The position numbers were made by a program, and so were the translations under genes. From Candidatus Woesearchaeota archaeon (lineage in GTDB: Archaea; Nanobdellota; Nanobdellia; Woesearchaeales; WJKL01): a DNA stretch of 57,210 nt. Location of the stretch: positions 1 to 57,210 of the forward strand of contig JAHWIM010000062.1 of the NCBI GenBank assembly GCA_019322535.1. The letters run 5' to 3'. Shown piece by piece: positions 1 to 9,015 of the stretch (position 1 is the stretch's first letter; each line of letters opens with the position of its first letter). A model generated the notes under the pieces. The model saw only the letters and a list, made by a program, of their open reading frames with translations. It ran no database searches and was not told the DNA's origin.

Positions 1-1459
1 CTTCTTCTGATAATTTAGTACTTCCAGTTACCGTAATTTGCTGTTGTTTTCCTGTTCCTAAATCTTTAGCAGAGACATTTACAATTCCATTTGCATCAAT
101 ATCAAATGAAACTTCAATTTGAGGTATTCCTCTAGGCGCAGGTGGAATTCCAACTAAGTCAAATCTTCCTAAAGATTTGTTGTCTGCTGACATTGCTCTT
201 TCTCCTTGCAGAACATTAATAGTTACTGCTGGCTGATTGTCTGCTGCTGTTGAAAATATCTGAGATTTCTTTGCAGGAATTGTTGTATTTCTTTCTATCA
301 AAGGAGTTCTTACTCCTCCTAATGTTTCTATACCTAATGTCAAAGGTGTTACGTCTAATAACAATACATCTTTAACATCTCCTGCTAAAACTCCTGCTTG
401 GATTGATGCTCCTGCTGCAACACATTCCATTGGATCAACACCGCGTTCTGGTTTTTTACTAGTCCATTCTTCAATTTTTTTATGAACAATAGGCATTCTT
501 GTTGGACCGCCAACTAGAATAACTTTGTTGATATCATTTGTTGTTAGTTTTGCATCTTTTAATGCCTGTTCAACTGAATGCTTGCATTTATCTACAATTG
601 GTTCAACAAGCTCTTCTATTTTTGCTCTTGTTAATTTCATAGTTAAATGCTTTGGACCACCATCTCCTTGTGTAATAAATGGTAGATTAATGTCTGTTTG
701 TAGTGTAGTGGATAATTCAATTTTTACTTTTTCTGCTGCTTCTTTTATTCTTTGCATCGCTACATCATCTTCATCTAAGTTTATTCCTGTTTCTTGCTTG
801 AATTTTTCAATAATGTGCTTGACTATTGCATTGTCCATGTCTGTTCCGCCTAATTGAGTATCTCCTGAAGTAGAGTTTACTTCAAATACTCCTTCACCAA
901 ACTCCATTATTGTGCAGTCTAATGTTCCACCACCAAAGTCAAAAACTAGAATTTTATGCTCTTGCTTTGATTTGTCCAAACCATAAGCTAAAGAAGCTGC
1001 TGTTGGCTCGTTAACAATTCTGACTACATCTAATCCAGCTATTTTTCCTGCATCTTTTGTTGCTTGTCTTTGGTTGTCATCAAAATAAGCAGGAACTGTA
1101 ATAACTGCTTTTACAACCTTGTCTCCTAAATAAGCTTCTGCATCTTTTTTTATCTTTTGCAAGATGTATGCAGATATTTGCTGAGGAGTATATTCTTTTC
1201 CATAGATACTGTACTTGAAATCAGTACCCATTTTTCTTTTAGCACCCATTATTGTTCCTTCTGGATTTGAAACTGCTTGTCTTCTTGCTGCTTCTCCAAC
1301 TAACAACTGTCCGTCTTTTGTAAAAGCTACAACAGAAGGAAATGCTTTTCCATAAAGAGTTGCACCTTCTGCGCTGGGTATTATTTTTGGTCTGCCTGCT
1401 TCTAAAACAGCTGCAGCAGAGTTGCTTGTTCCTAAATCTATTCCGATTATTTTTGGCAT
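1..1459 (-). CDS. dnaK: Hsp70 chaperone DnaK, N-terminal ~486 codons (C-terminus runs off the left edge)
   Basis: Manual reverse translation from the ATG at 1459 gives [18 protein letters not shown]..., [40 protein letters not shown]. An AGGTGA Shine-Dalgarno sits ~7 nt upstream. It is absent from the ORF track only because the frame is open at the window edge. Confidence 0.97.
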   Translation of the reverse strand, partial: MPKIIGIDLGTSNSAAAVLEAGRPKIIPSAEGATLYGKAFPSVVAFTKDGQLLVGEAARRQAVSNPEGTIMGAKRKMGTDFKYSIYGKEYTPQQISAYILQKIKKDAEAYLGDKVVKAVITVPAYFDDNQRQATKDAGKIAGLDVVRIVNEPTAASLAYGLDKSKQEHKILVFDFGGGTLDCTIMEFGEGVFEVNSTSGDTQLGGTDMDNAIVKHIIEKFKQETGINLDEDDVAMQRIKEAAEKVKIELSTTLQTDINLPFITQGDGGPKHLTMKLTRAKIEELVEPIVDKCKHSVEQALKDAKLTTNDINKVILVGGPTRMPIVHKKIEEWTSKKPERGVDPMECVAAGASIQAGVLAGDVKDVLLLDVTPLTLGIETLGGVRTPLIERNTTIPAKKSQIFSTAADNQPAVTINVLQGERAMSADNKSLGRFDLVGIPPAPRGIPQIEVSFDIDANGIVNVSAKDLGTGKQQQITVTGSTKLSEE

Positions 1460-1485
1460 TTTACATCACCTTTGTAAGTATACTA

Positions 1486-1851
1486 TCACCCTAGATAAGA
1501 GGGAATTGTTTCTTTTGTTGATTTTTTGCTGTCTTTTTTGACTGCGTTTTTCATTTTCTTTTCATATTCTTTTACTGCTTTTGGTTTCTCTATTTTACCA
1601 AACTGTTTTTCATACTGTTCAATAACGTTTTTCAAAACTTCTAAGATTCTTTTTGCATGATAAGGCTCTGATAAAACTACATTGTGCCTTATAGAAATAA
1701 ACGGTACATCTTTGCTTCTTGGGTCATTTCTTGGTGTTACTGACCTGAAATCAAAGATAAATTGTGTTGGGTTAAAATGCACGCTTAATTCATGAGCAAA
1801 AAATTCCTGTCCGTCTTGTATTCCTAGATTGATCTTTTTTGGTTCTGTCAT
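1486..1851 (-). CDS. Small conserved protein, DUF3467-like
   Basis: 121 aa. The FFAHELSVHFNPTQFIFDFRSVTP core resembles the DUF3467 signature. It lies directly upstream of dnaK on the same strand. Confidence 0.55.
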   Translation of the reverse strand: MTEPKKINLGIQDGQEFFAHELSVHFNPTQFIFDFRSVTPRNDPRSKDVPFISIRHNVVLSEPYHAKRILEVLKNVIEQYEKQFGKIEKPKAVKEYEKKMKNAVKKDSKKSTKETIPSYLG

Positions 1852-1853
1852 TT

Positions 1854-2453
1854 TTAATCCTCCTTTGTGATTTTATAGAAAAAATCAAAGTCTCCATTGA
1901 TTATGTCTAACTGTTTTTGTAATTCTTTGAAGAATTTATTTTGATAATCAACTAATTGCTTTGCAAACTTTTTTGCTGTTTCTGTATGCAACTTGTCTGC
2001 ATCAGAATTAAGTTTTGTTTTAAGTACTTCAGGCAATTCTTCTTCTTTGCATAGATTGTATTTAACAAACTTAGGAGACATCCTCAATATGCCTATTGCT
2101 CCTATTCTATCAAGGCAATCAGAATCCCAAATTATTTTTTCTTCTGTTGTCTGTGGTGTTTCTTTTCCGCTGTGTTTTGTGATGCAGTTGATTATTTTTC
2201 CAATTTTCATTGGATCATAACTTTGTTTTGTTAGAAATTCTCTTGTGATTGGAACTCCTGATTTTGCATGGTCTTTGAATCCTTTCATATAACCTATGTC
2301 ATGCAGTAAAGCTGCTAACTCTACTATTTCTTTGTCTACTTCTTCTGTTTCTGCTAATTTGAGAGCTATTTGTCTTACTCTTAAAGTATGATTAATTGTC
2401 TCTTGCTCTAAGTTTTTTCTTACAAAATCTTCTGTTGATTGGATTATACTCAT
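1854..2453 (-). CDS. HD-domain (HDIG-type) metal-dependent phosphohydrolase
   Basis: LLHDIGY motif plus a downstream D/H pattern. I moved the start to the ATG at 2453 (MSIIQSTEDF), which forms an ATGA overlap with the upstream stop. The longer track ORF overlaps the GNAT gene. Confidence 0.75.
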   Translation of the reverse strand: MSIIQSTEDFVRKNLEQETINHTLRVRQIALKLAETEEVDKEIVELAALLHDIGYMKGFKDHAKSGVPITREFLTKQSYDPMKIGKIINCITKHSGKETPQTTEEKIIWDSDCLDRIGAIGILRMSPKFVKYNLCKEEELPEVLKTKLNSDADKLHTETAKKFAKQLVDYQNKFFKELQKQLDIINGDFDFFYKITKED

Positions 2454-2941
2454 TCTACAACATCTCCAGGGGTTTCTAAAACTTCTTCTTCGTCCCCTAT
2501 GTCTTTTCCTAGGACATAACATGTTTCTCCTGGTCTGTAATGTGAAGTTAGTTTTCCTTCAACTTTATATCCTAATTTTTTGAAGAATGCTGGACCAACT
2601 TTTTCTGATTCTGCAATTTTTATCTCAATTTTTCCTTTTTCAACTTCTTTTTCTGCTGCTTGAATTAATGCAGTCATTATTTTTCTTACTGGTGTTTTTG
2701 CTGCAATTCTTTTTAATTCAGCTTTTATGTGTCCATCAATATTATCTTTGACTAGAACTAAGCCACCTTTTATTTTTCCTTCATCTTCTGCAATCAAAAA
2801 TTCTCCTTTTTCTTTCATCTTTTCCAAATGCTCCATTATTTCTGCATCACTTTTTGTAAATACTGCATGCACTGGAAAGAATTTCTTGTATATTGGTATT
2901 AATTTTAACAAATCTCCTTCTTGATATTTTCTTATTTGCAT
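2450..2941 (-). CDS. GNAT-family N-acetyltransferase
   Basis: 163 aa with a GNAT-like layout: IAEDEGKIKGGLVLV, a region consistent with the acetyl-CoA site (RKIMTALIQAAEKE), and FFKKLGYKVEG at the C-terminus. Confidence 0.65.
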   Translation of the reverse strand: MQIRKYQEGDLLKLIPIYKKFFPVHAVFTKSDAEIMEHLEKMKEKGEFLIAEDEGKIKGGLVLVKDNIDGHIKAELKRIAAKTPVRKIMTALIQAAEKEVEKGKIEIKIAESEKVGPAFFKKLGYKVEGKLTSHYRPGETCYVLGKDIGDEEEVLETPGDVVE

Positions 2942-2943
2942 TT

Positions 2944-3573
2944 TTATACCTCCTGCTGATTAACAGCTTTTTTTAATTGTTCTAAATCTTCTCCTTCAAT
3001 AATTCTGCCGTGTCCTGGAATAATTACATCAGCCATGTCAAGAATCTTTTTAGCACTATCCATGTATATTTTATTTGATTTTTGCAATCCTTTTTTTATG
3101 CGCTCTTCTTGTATTGCATCTCCTGCAATAACATGGGTTTTTCCTTGGTTTTCTACAACAACAGAAGTATGAGTTGCTGCATGGCCTGGTGTTTTTATCA
3201 TTTTTATTCCAGGTACTTTAATTAAATCAAGATCATTATATCCTATTTGGCCTTTGTCTGTATACCAAACTGTTGCTCCTATTACTCTATCTGCGTTTTT
3301 GAAAAGATAGTTGTTTGTAATATGGTCAAAATGGCTGTGTGTGTTTATGACATAGTTAATATCTTCTGGCTTTACTCCTTGTTTTTCTAAGTTAGCTAGA
3401 ATTTCATCTTCATATCCAAGATTTCCTGTATCAACAATAATATTTTTTTCTTCTGGAGATTCTGCTTTTAATAAAACAACAGAACTGCAGATTTCTTTGC
3501 ATCTGCTGCTGACTGTTTTTGAATCAAATTCTAAATCAACATGTACTCCTTGTTTTAATATAATTACTTTCAT
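2944..3573 (-). CDS. MBL-fold metallo-hydrolase
   Basis: HxHxDH motif (THSHFDH), later TPGHAATH and IIPGHG metal ligands. Confidence 0.8.
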   Translation of the reverse strand: MKVIILKQGVHVDLEFDSKTVSSRCKEICSSVVLLKAESPEEKNIIVDTGNLGYEDEILANLEKQGVKPEDINYVINTHSHFDHITNNYLFKNADRVIGATVWYTDKGQIGYNDLDLIKVPGIKMIKTPGHAATHTSVVVENQGKTHVIAGDAIQEERIKKGLQKSNKIYMDSAKKILDMADVIIPGHGRIIEGEDLEQLKKAVNQQEV

Positions 3574-4088
3574 TTCAATACCTCATAACTTAGTATTTTC
3601 CTAAGTTTTTCTTTGTCAGGAACTAGTTCTTGCAAAGAACCTCCTGGAATATTTTTTCCTTCTGATTCAAGGTAGATTTTCCATTCTCTGATTGAATGAG
3701 GATCATTTGGATTTACAAAATAATTCAGATGGAACCAGACTGAGATTTCTTCTCCATATTCATTGCATGAGGATATTTTGCAATGCAATGGCTTAACATC
3801 ATGGACTCTGCATCCTTCTTGTGAATTGAAGAAAATACAGGTTCCATATTTTTTGCCGTTCTTTATTGTTTGAGGCCTATACAAAGTTGTATTAAACTTT
3901 GTTACTGGTTCTAGGCAGTTTTTAATTAGCTCTTCTTCTGATAATTTGAGTTTTTTTGCTATTTTTGGAATGTCTCCTTGCACTAAAAATCCTGCACCAT
4001 ATCTGCAGCAATGATTACATCTGCTGCAATCTATTCCTAATTTTACTATTTTATGTGCAGGAGTTGATTTTGTTATCTGTTCTTTCAC
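3570..4088 (-). CDS. YkgJ-family cysteine-cluster (CxxCxxCC) protein
   Basis: CSRCNHCC motif near the N-terminus and a second Cys cluster (CIFF...CRVH...CK). 4-nt overlaps with both neighbouring genes. Confidence 0.6.
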   Translation of the reverse strand: MKEQITKSTPAHKIVKLGIDCSRCNHCCRYGAGFLVQGDIPKIAKKLKLSEEELIKNCLEPVTKFNTTLYRPQTIKNGKKYGTCIFFNSQEGCRVHDVKPLHCKISSCNEYGEEISVWFHLNYFVNPNDPHSIREWKIYLESEGKNIPGGSLQELVPDKEKLRKILSYEVLK

Positions 4089-4573
4089 TTTTTATCATCC
4101 TCTTTTTTCTTAGCTATCTTTACTTTTGCTGGTCTTAAAACAGCATCTTTGAATGTATATCCTTTTTGAAGCTCTTCAATAACTGTATTTTCTGGTTTGT
4201 CTGATTTTTCTTGTAATAAAACTTCATGTAGGAATGGATCAAGCTGTTTGTTTAACGCTTCTATTGGCTTAAGCCCTTCTGATTCTAGAATTTTCCAAAA
4301 CTGAGAATAGATTAACTCAACACCTTTTTTGAATTCTTCTGAATTACTGTTTTTTAATGCTGATTGAAATGAGTCAAGCAAAGGAAGAAGTTTTTTTACT
4401 AATTCTTGAGATGCGTATTTGCAGAATTCTGTTTTTTCTTTATCCTGTTGTTTTTTGTAGTTTTCAAAATCTGCTTGAACTTTTTTAACTAGATTTGTTA
4501 ATTCTTGTATTTGGATTTCTTTTTTATCAATTTCTTTACTTATTTTCTCTTGTTTTTTTGTTTGTTTGTCCAT
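4085..4573 (-). CDS. grpE: Nucleotide exchange factor GrpE
   Basis: K/E-rich coiled N-terminus, LLPLLDSFQSAL, PFLHEVL..., KGYTFKDAVLRPAKVKI at the C-terminus. Confidence 0.9.
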   Translation of the reverse strand: MDKQTKKQEKISKEIDKKEIQIQELTNLVKKVQADFENYKKQQDKEKTEFCKYASQELVKKLLPLLDSFQSALKNSNSEEFKKGVELIYSQFWKILESEGLKPIEALNKQLDPFLHEVLLQEKSDKPENTVIEELQKGYTFKDAVLRPAKVKIAKKKEDDKK

Positions 4574-4609
4574 TATCTAAACCCAAATAGGAATTTTTCT
4601 AATATTTGT

Positions 4610-4628
4610 TGTTGACTTTAAATCAACA
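4610..4628. promoter_or_regulatory. Candidate operator: inverted repeat TGTTGA-c-TTTAAA-TCAACA in the grpE / wHTH divergent region
   Basis: Perfect 6-bp arms (4610-4615 and 4623-4628) flank a TATA-like TTTAAA. A second repeat, GTTTAT-n5-ATAAAC, follows at 4631-4647. Confidence 0.35.
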
Positions 4629-4675
4629 CAGTTTATCTTAAATAAACTACTAGTATATAAATTTTTCGGGAAAAC

Positions 4676-4683
4676 TTTAAATA
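4676..4683 (+). promoter_or_regulatory. TATA box (TTTAAATA) for the wHTH regulator gene
   Basis: Its 3' end lies exactly 23 nt before the ATG at 4706, the same spacing seen at six other first-in-unit genes in this window (a seventh, metG, is at 24 nt). Confidence 0.5.
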
Positions 4684-4705
4684 CTACTAAATATAGATGG
4701 TTATT

Positions 4706-5116
4706 ATGGTCATTATACAATCCAGAAAAATCACTGTAGTTAAGATAAGCAGGCCTTTAAAAAAAGATATTAATGAAGAACTGCAGTGGATAGGTACTTC
4801 TTTAGGTCTTTTTGGTTTAAGAGACAAGGATAAAAGCTGTTTTAGAGTTTTCATTGAGCTTTTAAAAGCAGCTAAAGCTAGAGAACCTTTAAGTTCTGAT
4901 GAGATAGCTGATAGGCTTGGACTCACCAGAGGGACTGTTATCCACCATATAAATAAATTAATGGAGTCTGGTTTAGTGACTAAAGTCAAGAATAAATATA
5001 TGCTAAGAGTAGAAAATATGGAAGATTTAATAGATGAGCTAAGAAGAGATTTTGAAAGAGCTTATCATAATCTAAAACAAGTTGCAATTGATGTTGATAG
5101 AAGTTTAGGATTGTAA
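4706..5116 (+). CDS. Winged helix-turn-helix transcriptional regulator (ArsR/MarR-like), divergent from the grpE operon
   Basis: LSSDEIADRLGLTRGTVIHHINKLMESGLV is an HTH plus wing. The track ORF starts at 4697. I prefer the ATG at 4706 because of the 23-nt TATA spacing, but 4697 is not excluded. Confidence 0.7.
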   Translation: MVIIQSRKITVVKISRPLKKDINEELQWIGTSLGLFGLRDKDKSCFRVFIELLKAAKAREPLSSDEIADRLGLTRGTVIHHINKLMESGLVTKVKNKYMLRVENMEDLIDELRRDFERAYHNLKQVAIDVDRSLGL

Positions 5117-5449
5117 TTACTTATAATAAGGATTATCTTGCTGCTGAACTTGATAATCATAACTTACTCTTTTTTCTTCTTTGTCTTTCTTTCTTTTTAG
5201 AATTACTGCTCCTACTACTAATGCAGCTGCTACTATTACTGCAGGTATAACAAGATCATTTTTGTAGACTTTAATAATTTGGAAATCATGACATTTGAAG
5301 TCAGAGCCGCAATATTGTTTTTCTCCACAGTCAATATTTGCATTGCATTGTCTTCCACTCATTCTTATTCCATAACCTACTAGAGCTATGAGGACTACGA
5401 CTAATAGAATGATTGAAGCTACTTCTCCTTTTTTGTTTTTGAACAACAT
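5117..5449 (-). CDS. Small membrane protein with a Cys-rich ectodomain
   Basis: 110 aa: N-terminal KNKKGEVASIILLVVVLIALVG, CNANIDCGEKQYCGSDFKCHDF, a second hydrophobic helix, and a basic/Q-rich tail. Confidence 0.55.
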   Translation of the reverse strand: MLFKNKKGEVASIILLVVVLIALVGYGIRMSGRQCNANIDCGEKQYCGSDFKCHDFQIIKVYKNDLVIPAVIVAAALVVGAVILKRKKDKEEKRVSYDYQVQQQDNPYYK

Positions 5450-5581
5450 TGTAACTAGAATTCCTCTTTTTTTATATAGAAATGGTAGAAATTATTTAAA
5501 TATTATGGAAATACAATGGTTTTTCAAACTTCAAAAATCTACGATTTTTGTAAGTTATGTAAATTTGTTAAATTCAAAACT

Positions 5582-5589
5582 TTTATATA
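5582..5589 (+). promoter_or_regulatory. TATA box (TTTATATA) for the DUF1385 gene
   Basis: 23 nt from its 3' end to the ATG at 5612, implying a leaderless transcript. Confidence 0.5.
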
Positions 5590-5611
5590 ATACAGATATT
5601 AAGAAAAAGTG

Positions 5612-6457
5612 ATGACAAAATTAATTGGAGGCCAGGCAGTTATTGAAGGAGTTATGATGAAGACAGAAAGAAATATGGCTGTTTCTGTAAGGCTTTTAAA
5701 CGGCAAAATTAAAACAAAAAAAGAAAAACTGCATAGAAGAAAGAAATGGTTTAGGTGGCCTTTCATAAGGGGTGTTGTTAATCTTTATGATGTTCTTGTT
5801 TTAGGAATAAAGACGTTAACTTGGAGCGCAAACCAGCAGTTAGAAGAAAAAGAAAAATTAACCAACTGGCAGCTAGCTTTTACTGTGTTTTTATCTTTGG
5901 GATTTGGTGTTTTGATATTTATTGTGGTTCCTTTTTTTGCAGCAAGTCTTTTTCCTGTAAAAGGATTTTGGTTTAATTTAGTTGATGGTATTTTAAGGAT
6001 TCTTATTTTGATTGGTTATTTACTGCTTATATCTTTAATGAGTGATGTGAAATTATTGTTCAAATATCATGGAGCAGAGCATAAAGTTGTTAATTGTTAT
6101 GAAGCTGGCAAAAAATTAGATATAAAAAATGTTAAGAAATTTGATACACTGCATCCAAGATGTGGAACAAGCTTTTTAGTTATTGTTTTAGGTATCTCTA
6201 TCTTGATTTTTTCTTTTATATTAGGGCCATGGTATTTTAAATTATTAGGAAGGATAATATTATTGCCTTTTATTGCAAGCATTTCTTATGAAGTTTTAAG
6301 ATTAGGCGGAAGGTTTAAAGACAGATTGTTTATGAAAATAATTAATACTCCTGGCATGTGGATTCAGAAAATTAGCACAAAAGAGCCAACACCAAAACAG
6401 ATTGAAGTTGCTATTACTGCTTTTAATGCTGTTTTGAGAATGGAAAGGTTTAAATGA
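5612..6457 (+). CDS. DUF1385-family membrane protein
   Basis: IGGQAVIEGVMMK, YHGAEHKVVNCYE and HPRCGTSFL motifs plus hydrophobic helices. The ATG at 5612 is preferred over the GTG at 5609. Confidence 0.8.
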   Translation: MTKLIGGQAVIEGVMMKTERNMAVSVRLLNGKIKTKKEKLHRRKKWFRWPFIRGVVNLYDVLVLGIKTLTWSANQQLEEKEKLTNWQLAFTVFLSLGFGVLIFIVVPFFAASLFPVKGFWFNLVDGILRILILIGYLLLISLMSDVKLLFKYHGAEHKVVNCYEAGKKLDIKNVKKFDTLHPRCGTSFLVIVLGISILIFSFILGPWYFKLLGRIILLPFIASISYEVLRLGGRFKDRLFMKIINTPGMWIQKISTKEPTPKQIEVAITAFNAVLRMERFK

Positions 6458-6518
6458 AATCAAAGTCATAGATAAGTATTTATAAATGTTACACATAACT
6501 TCAAAAGAGGTGAATTAA

Positions 6519-7211
6519 ATGAAAAAAATATTAATGATTATTCTGGTTATTGCTTTGATAGCTCTAACTGGTTGTGTAGAAAAAGAAGGAAATACAATAA
6601 ATGTTGAAGGTAGTTCTGAGCTTACTGTTGAACCTGATGAAGCAGAAGTTTGGACAGGAATTTCTATTGTGAAATTGAATGCGCAAGAAGCTCAAGATGA
6701 AGCAAATATTGTAATTAATGCTGTTATTGATGAATTACAGGCAGCAGGTTTTGATGACATTGAAACAGAACAGCTTAGCTTGTATGAAGAAAGAAGATGG
6801 GAAGAAGGTGAAAGCAAAGTAGTTGGATGGAGAGCAACACAGACCTTAAAAATAAAAACAACTGAATTAGATAAGGTTGGACAGATTGTGGACATTTCTG
6901 TAAAAAATGGAGCAAATCAGATCAATAACATTAATTTTGGATTAAGTGAAACAGAAGAACAGGAATATAAGAAGCAGGCATTATCAGACGCAACAAAAAA
7001 TGCAAAATCAAAAGCAGAAACAATTGCAGACAGTTTAGAAGTTAAACTTGGAGATATAAAATCTGTTTCAGAATCAGATTTTTATTTCAGGCCATATATG
7101 TATGCAATGGAAAAAGCAGTTGGAGTAGATGCTGTTGCAGAAGCTGCAGCAATAATGCCTGGAAAAGTAACTGTAACTGCAAGAGTAAGTATTGTCTATA
7201 ATATCAGATAA
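6519..7211 (+). CDS. SIMPL/DUF541-domain secreted lipoprotein-like protein
   Basis: Signal peptide ending LTGC. VEGSSELTVEPDEAEV..., GWRATQTLKIK, INNINFGLSE, and KKQALSDATKNAKSKAE are typical of SIMPL proteins. Confidence 0.75.
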   Translation: MKKILMIILVIALIALTGCVEKEGNTINVEGSSELTVEPDEAEVWTGISIVKLNAQEAQDEANIVINAVIDELQAAGFDDIETEQLSLYEERRWEEGESKVVGWRATQTLKIKTTELDKVGQIVDISVKNGANQINNINFGLSETEEQEYKKQALSDATKNAKSKAETIADSLEVKLGDIKSVSESDFYFRPYMYAMEKAVGVDAVAEAAAIMPGKVTVTARVSIVYNIR

Positions 7212-7496
7212 TTATTTTTTTTCTTTTAATTTTTTTACTGTTTTCTTAAAAGCTTCAATTTGTTTTTCACTTAATTTTCCAAATCTTATATAATTAGTTT
7301 TAATGCTTCTCAGAAATGCATTATTTCTATAGAATTCTTCAGGAATATTAAACATTTTCTTCATTTTAGGGTCTTTAATCTCTTTATTCAGATCTTCTTT
7401 CTGGCAGTCATAACATATTACAAATCTCTGTCCTCTATTTATTAACACCCAATTCTTCCTGCATTTGAAACACTTTTGTCTATATTGTATAGGCAT
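7212..7496 (-). CDS. Small zinc-ribbon protein, function unknown
   Basis: CFKC...CYDC pair followed by a basic helical tail. A TATA box sits 23 nt upstream. Confidence 0.5.
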   Translation of the reverse strand: MPIQYRQKCFKCRKNWVLINRGQRFVICYDCQKEDLNKEIKDPKMKKMFNIPEEFYRNNAFLRSIKTNYIRFGKLSEKQIEAFKKTVKKLKEKK

Positions 7497-7518
7497 AGTA
7501 GAAACTGGATAGAGAGAG

Positions 7519-7526
7519 TATATAAT
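7519..7526 (-). promoter_or_regulatory. TATA box (TTATATAC on the minus strand) for 7212..7496
   Basis: 23 nt from the TATA 3' end (7519) to the ATG at 7496. Confidence 0.45.
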
Positions 7527-7548
7527 TGTTTTGTTTTATGCAGAAAAA

Positions 7549-7556
7549 TTTATATA
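7549..7556 (+). promoter_or_regulatory. TATA box (TTTATATA) for purB
   Basis: 23 nt from 7556 to the ATG at 7579. Confidence 0.5.
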
Positions 7557-7578
7557 ACTACTTTATTTTTCATTTAAT

Positions 7579-9015
7579 ATGGGGGCAAATGATGTTTATC
7601 AAGATCCTTTAGTCAGTAGATACACTGATAAGGAGATGCAGTATGTTTTTTCTAATGATTTTAAGTTCCAAACCTGGAGAAAATGCTGGACAGCACTAGC
7701 AGAAGCACAGATGGAATTAGGATTAAAACAAATAACTCCTGAAATGATTGAAGAATTAAAAAAAGCACAAAAAACTATTGATTATGATGCTGCAAAAGAG
7801 AAAGAGAAAGAAATAAGACATGATGTTATGGCTCATGTTTATGAATATGGAACTCATTGTCCAAAAGCAAAAGGCATAATTCATCTTGGTGCTACTTCTC
7901 AATTTGTCTGCTGCAACACAGATTTGATTCAGATTAGAGAAGCTCTTAAGATTATCAAAATAGGAATTGTAAATACTATTAGTAATTTGAATAAATTTGC
8001 AAATGAACATAAATCCCTTGTTACTCTAGGTTATACTCATTATCAACCTGCTCAGCCAACAACTATTGGCAAAAGAACTACTTTGTATATTCTTGATCTT
8101 CTTTTTGATTTACAACAGATTGAGAAAGTTTTGATTATGGCAAGAGGTGTTAAAGGAACTACAGGAACTCAGGCTTCTTATATGGAGCTTTTTGATGATT
8201 ATGAAAAAGTAAAGCAGCTTGATAAATTAGTTAGTAAGAAATTAGGATTTGAAGCATCTTTTCCTGTTACAGGACAAACTTACACAAGGAAATTTGATAC
8301 AATTGTTGCAAAAGCTATTTCAGGAATTGCTGAATCTGCTCATAAGTTTGCAGTTGATATGAGATTAATGTCAAACTTAAAGATGATGGAAGAACCTTTT
8401 GCAAAATCTCAAACAGGAAGTTCTGCAATGGCTTACAAAAGAAATCCAATGAGATCAGAAAGAATGACTGCTTTATCTAGAAAACTAATTAATTTACAGA
8501 TTGATTTTTCACATATTCATGCAAATCAATGGTTTGAAAGAACACTTGATGATTCTTCAATAAGAAGGATTGATATTCCACAAACATTTTTGCTAGCAAA
8601 TGCAATTCTAAAACTTTATCAGAACATCACTGATGGAATGGTTGTTTATCCTGCTCAGATAAAGAAACATCTTAATGAAGAACTGCCATCCATGGCAACA
8701 GAAGTTATTTTGATGGAATTGTCTAAAAAAGGACATGACAGACAGGAAATGCACGAAATAATTAAAAAACATTCAGTTGAAGCAGGAAAAACAGTAAAAA
8801 TGCATGGAAAATCAAATGATTTGTTCAAAAGACTAGCAGAAGATGATGCAATTCCAGTAACAGAAGAATTTTTGAACAAACTTCTTGAAAATCCTCAAAG
8901 ATTTGCAGGAGCAGCAAGCACCCAGACAGAAGAATTCTTAAAAAATAAAGTAAAACCAGTTCTTGAGAAATATTCTGATTTAGTTGGTAGTTCTAACAAA
9001 GAAATTAATGTTTAA
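7579..9015 (+). CDS. purB: Adenylosuccinate lyase
   Basis: 478 aa with the fumarate-lyase signature GSSAMAYKRNPMRSE, HYQPAQPTT and RGVKGTTGTQAS. Confidence 0.93.
   Translation: MGANDVYQDPLVSRYTDKEMQYVFSNDFKFQTWRKCWTALAEAQMELGLKQITPEMIEELKKAQKTIDYDAAKEKEKEIRHDVMAHVYEYGTHCPKAKGIIHLGATSQFVCCNTDLIQIREALKIIKIGIVNTISNLNKFANEHKSLVTLGYTHYQPAQPTTIGKRTTLYILDLLFDLQQIEKVLIMARGVKGTTGTQASYMELFDDYEKVKQLDKLVSKKLGFEASFPVTGQTYTRKFDTIVAKAISGIAESAHKFAVDMRLMSNLKMMEEPFAKSQTGSSAMAYKRNPMRSERMTALSRKLINLQIDFSHIHANQWFERTLDDSSIRRIDIPQTFLLANAILKLYQNITDGMVVYPAQIKKHLNEELPSMATEVILMELSKKGHDRQEMHEIIKKHSVEAGKTVKMHGKSNDLFKRLAEDDAIPVTEEFLNKLLENPQRFAGAASTQTEEFLKNKVKPVLEKYSDLVGSSNKEINV

Noticed and set aside
525-857. A plus-strand 110-aa ORF inside the dnaK region. 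Similar antisense or shadow ORFs occur throughout the track, e.g. 1993-2220, 6692-6895, 11498-11815, 17890-18309, 24690-24977, 26510-26809, 31558-31854, 39487-39786 and 45121-45366.
   Set aside because: They lie fully inside well-supported genes on the opposite strand. Their composition is low-complexity (L/S/F/I-rich), as expected from reverse-complemented AT-rich coding sequence, and they carry no motifs, SD sites or TATA boxes.
2454-2522. N-terminal extensions of track ORFs: the HD protein to 2522, folD to 21390, purN to 22261, purT to 12467, the zinc-ribbon protein to 52720, the methyltransferase to 54432, and the K/E-rich protein to 55468.
   Set aside because: The extensions overlap the preceding gene and do not resemble the family N-termini. 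Downstream ATGs have proper SD sites or 23-nt TATA spacing.
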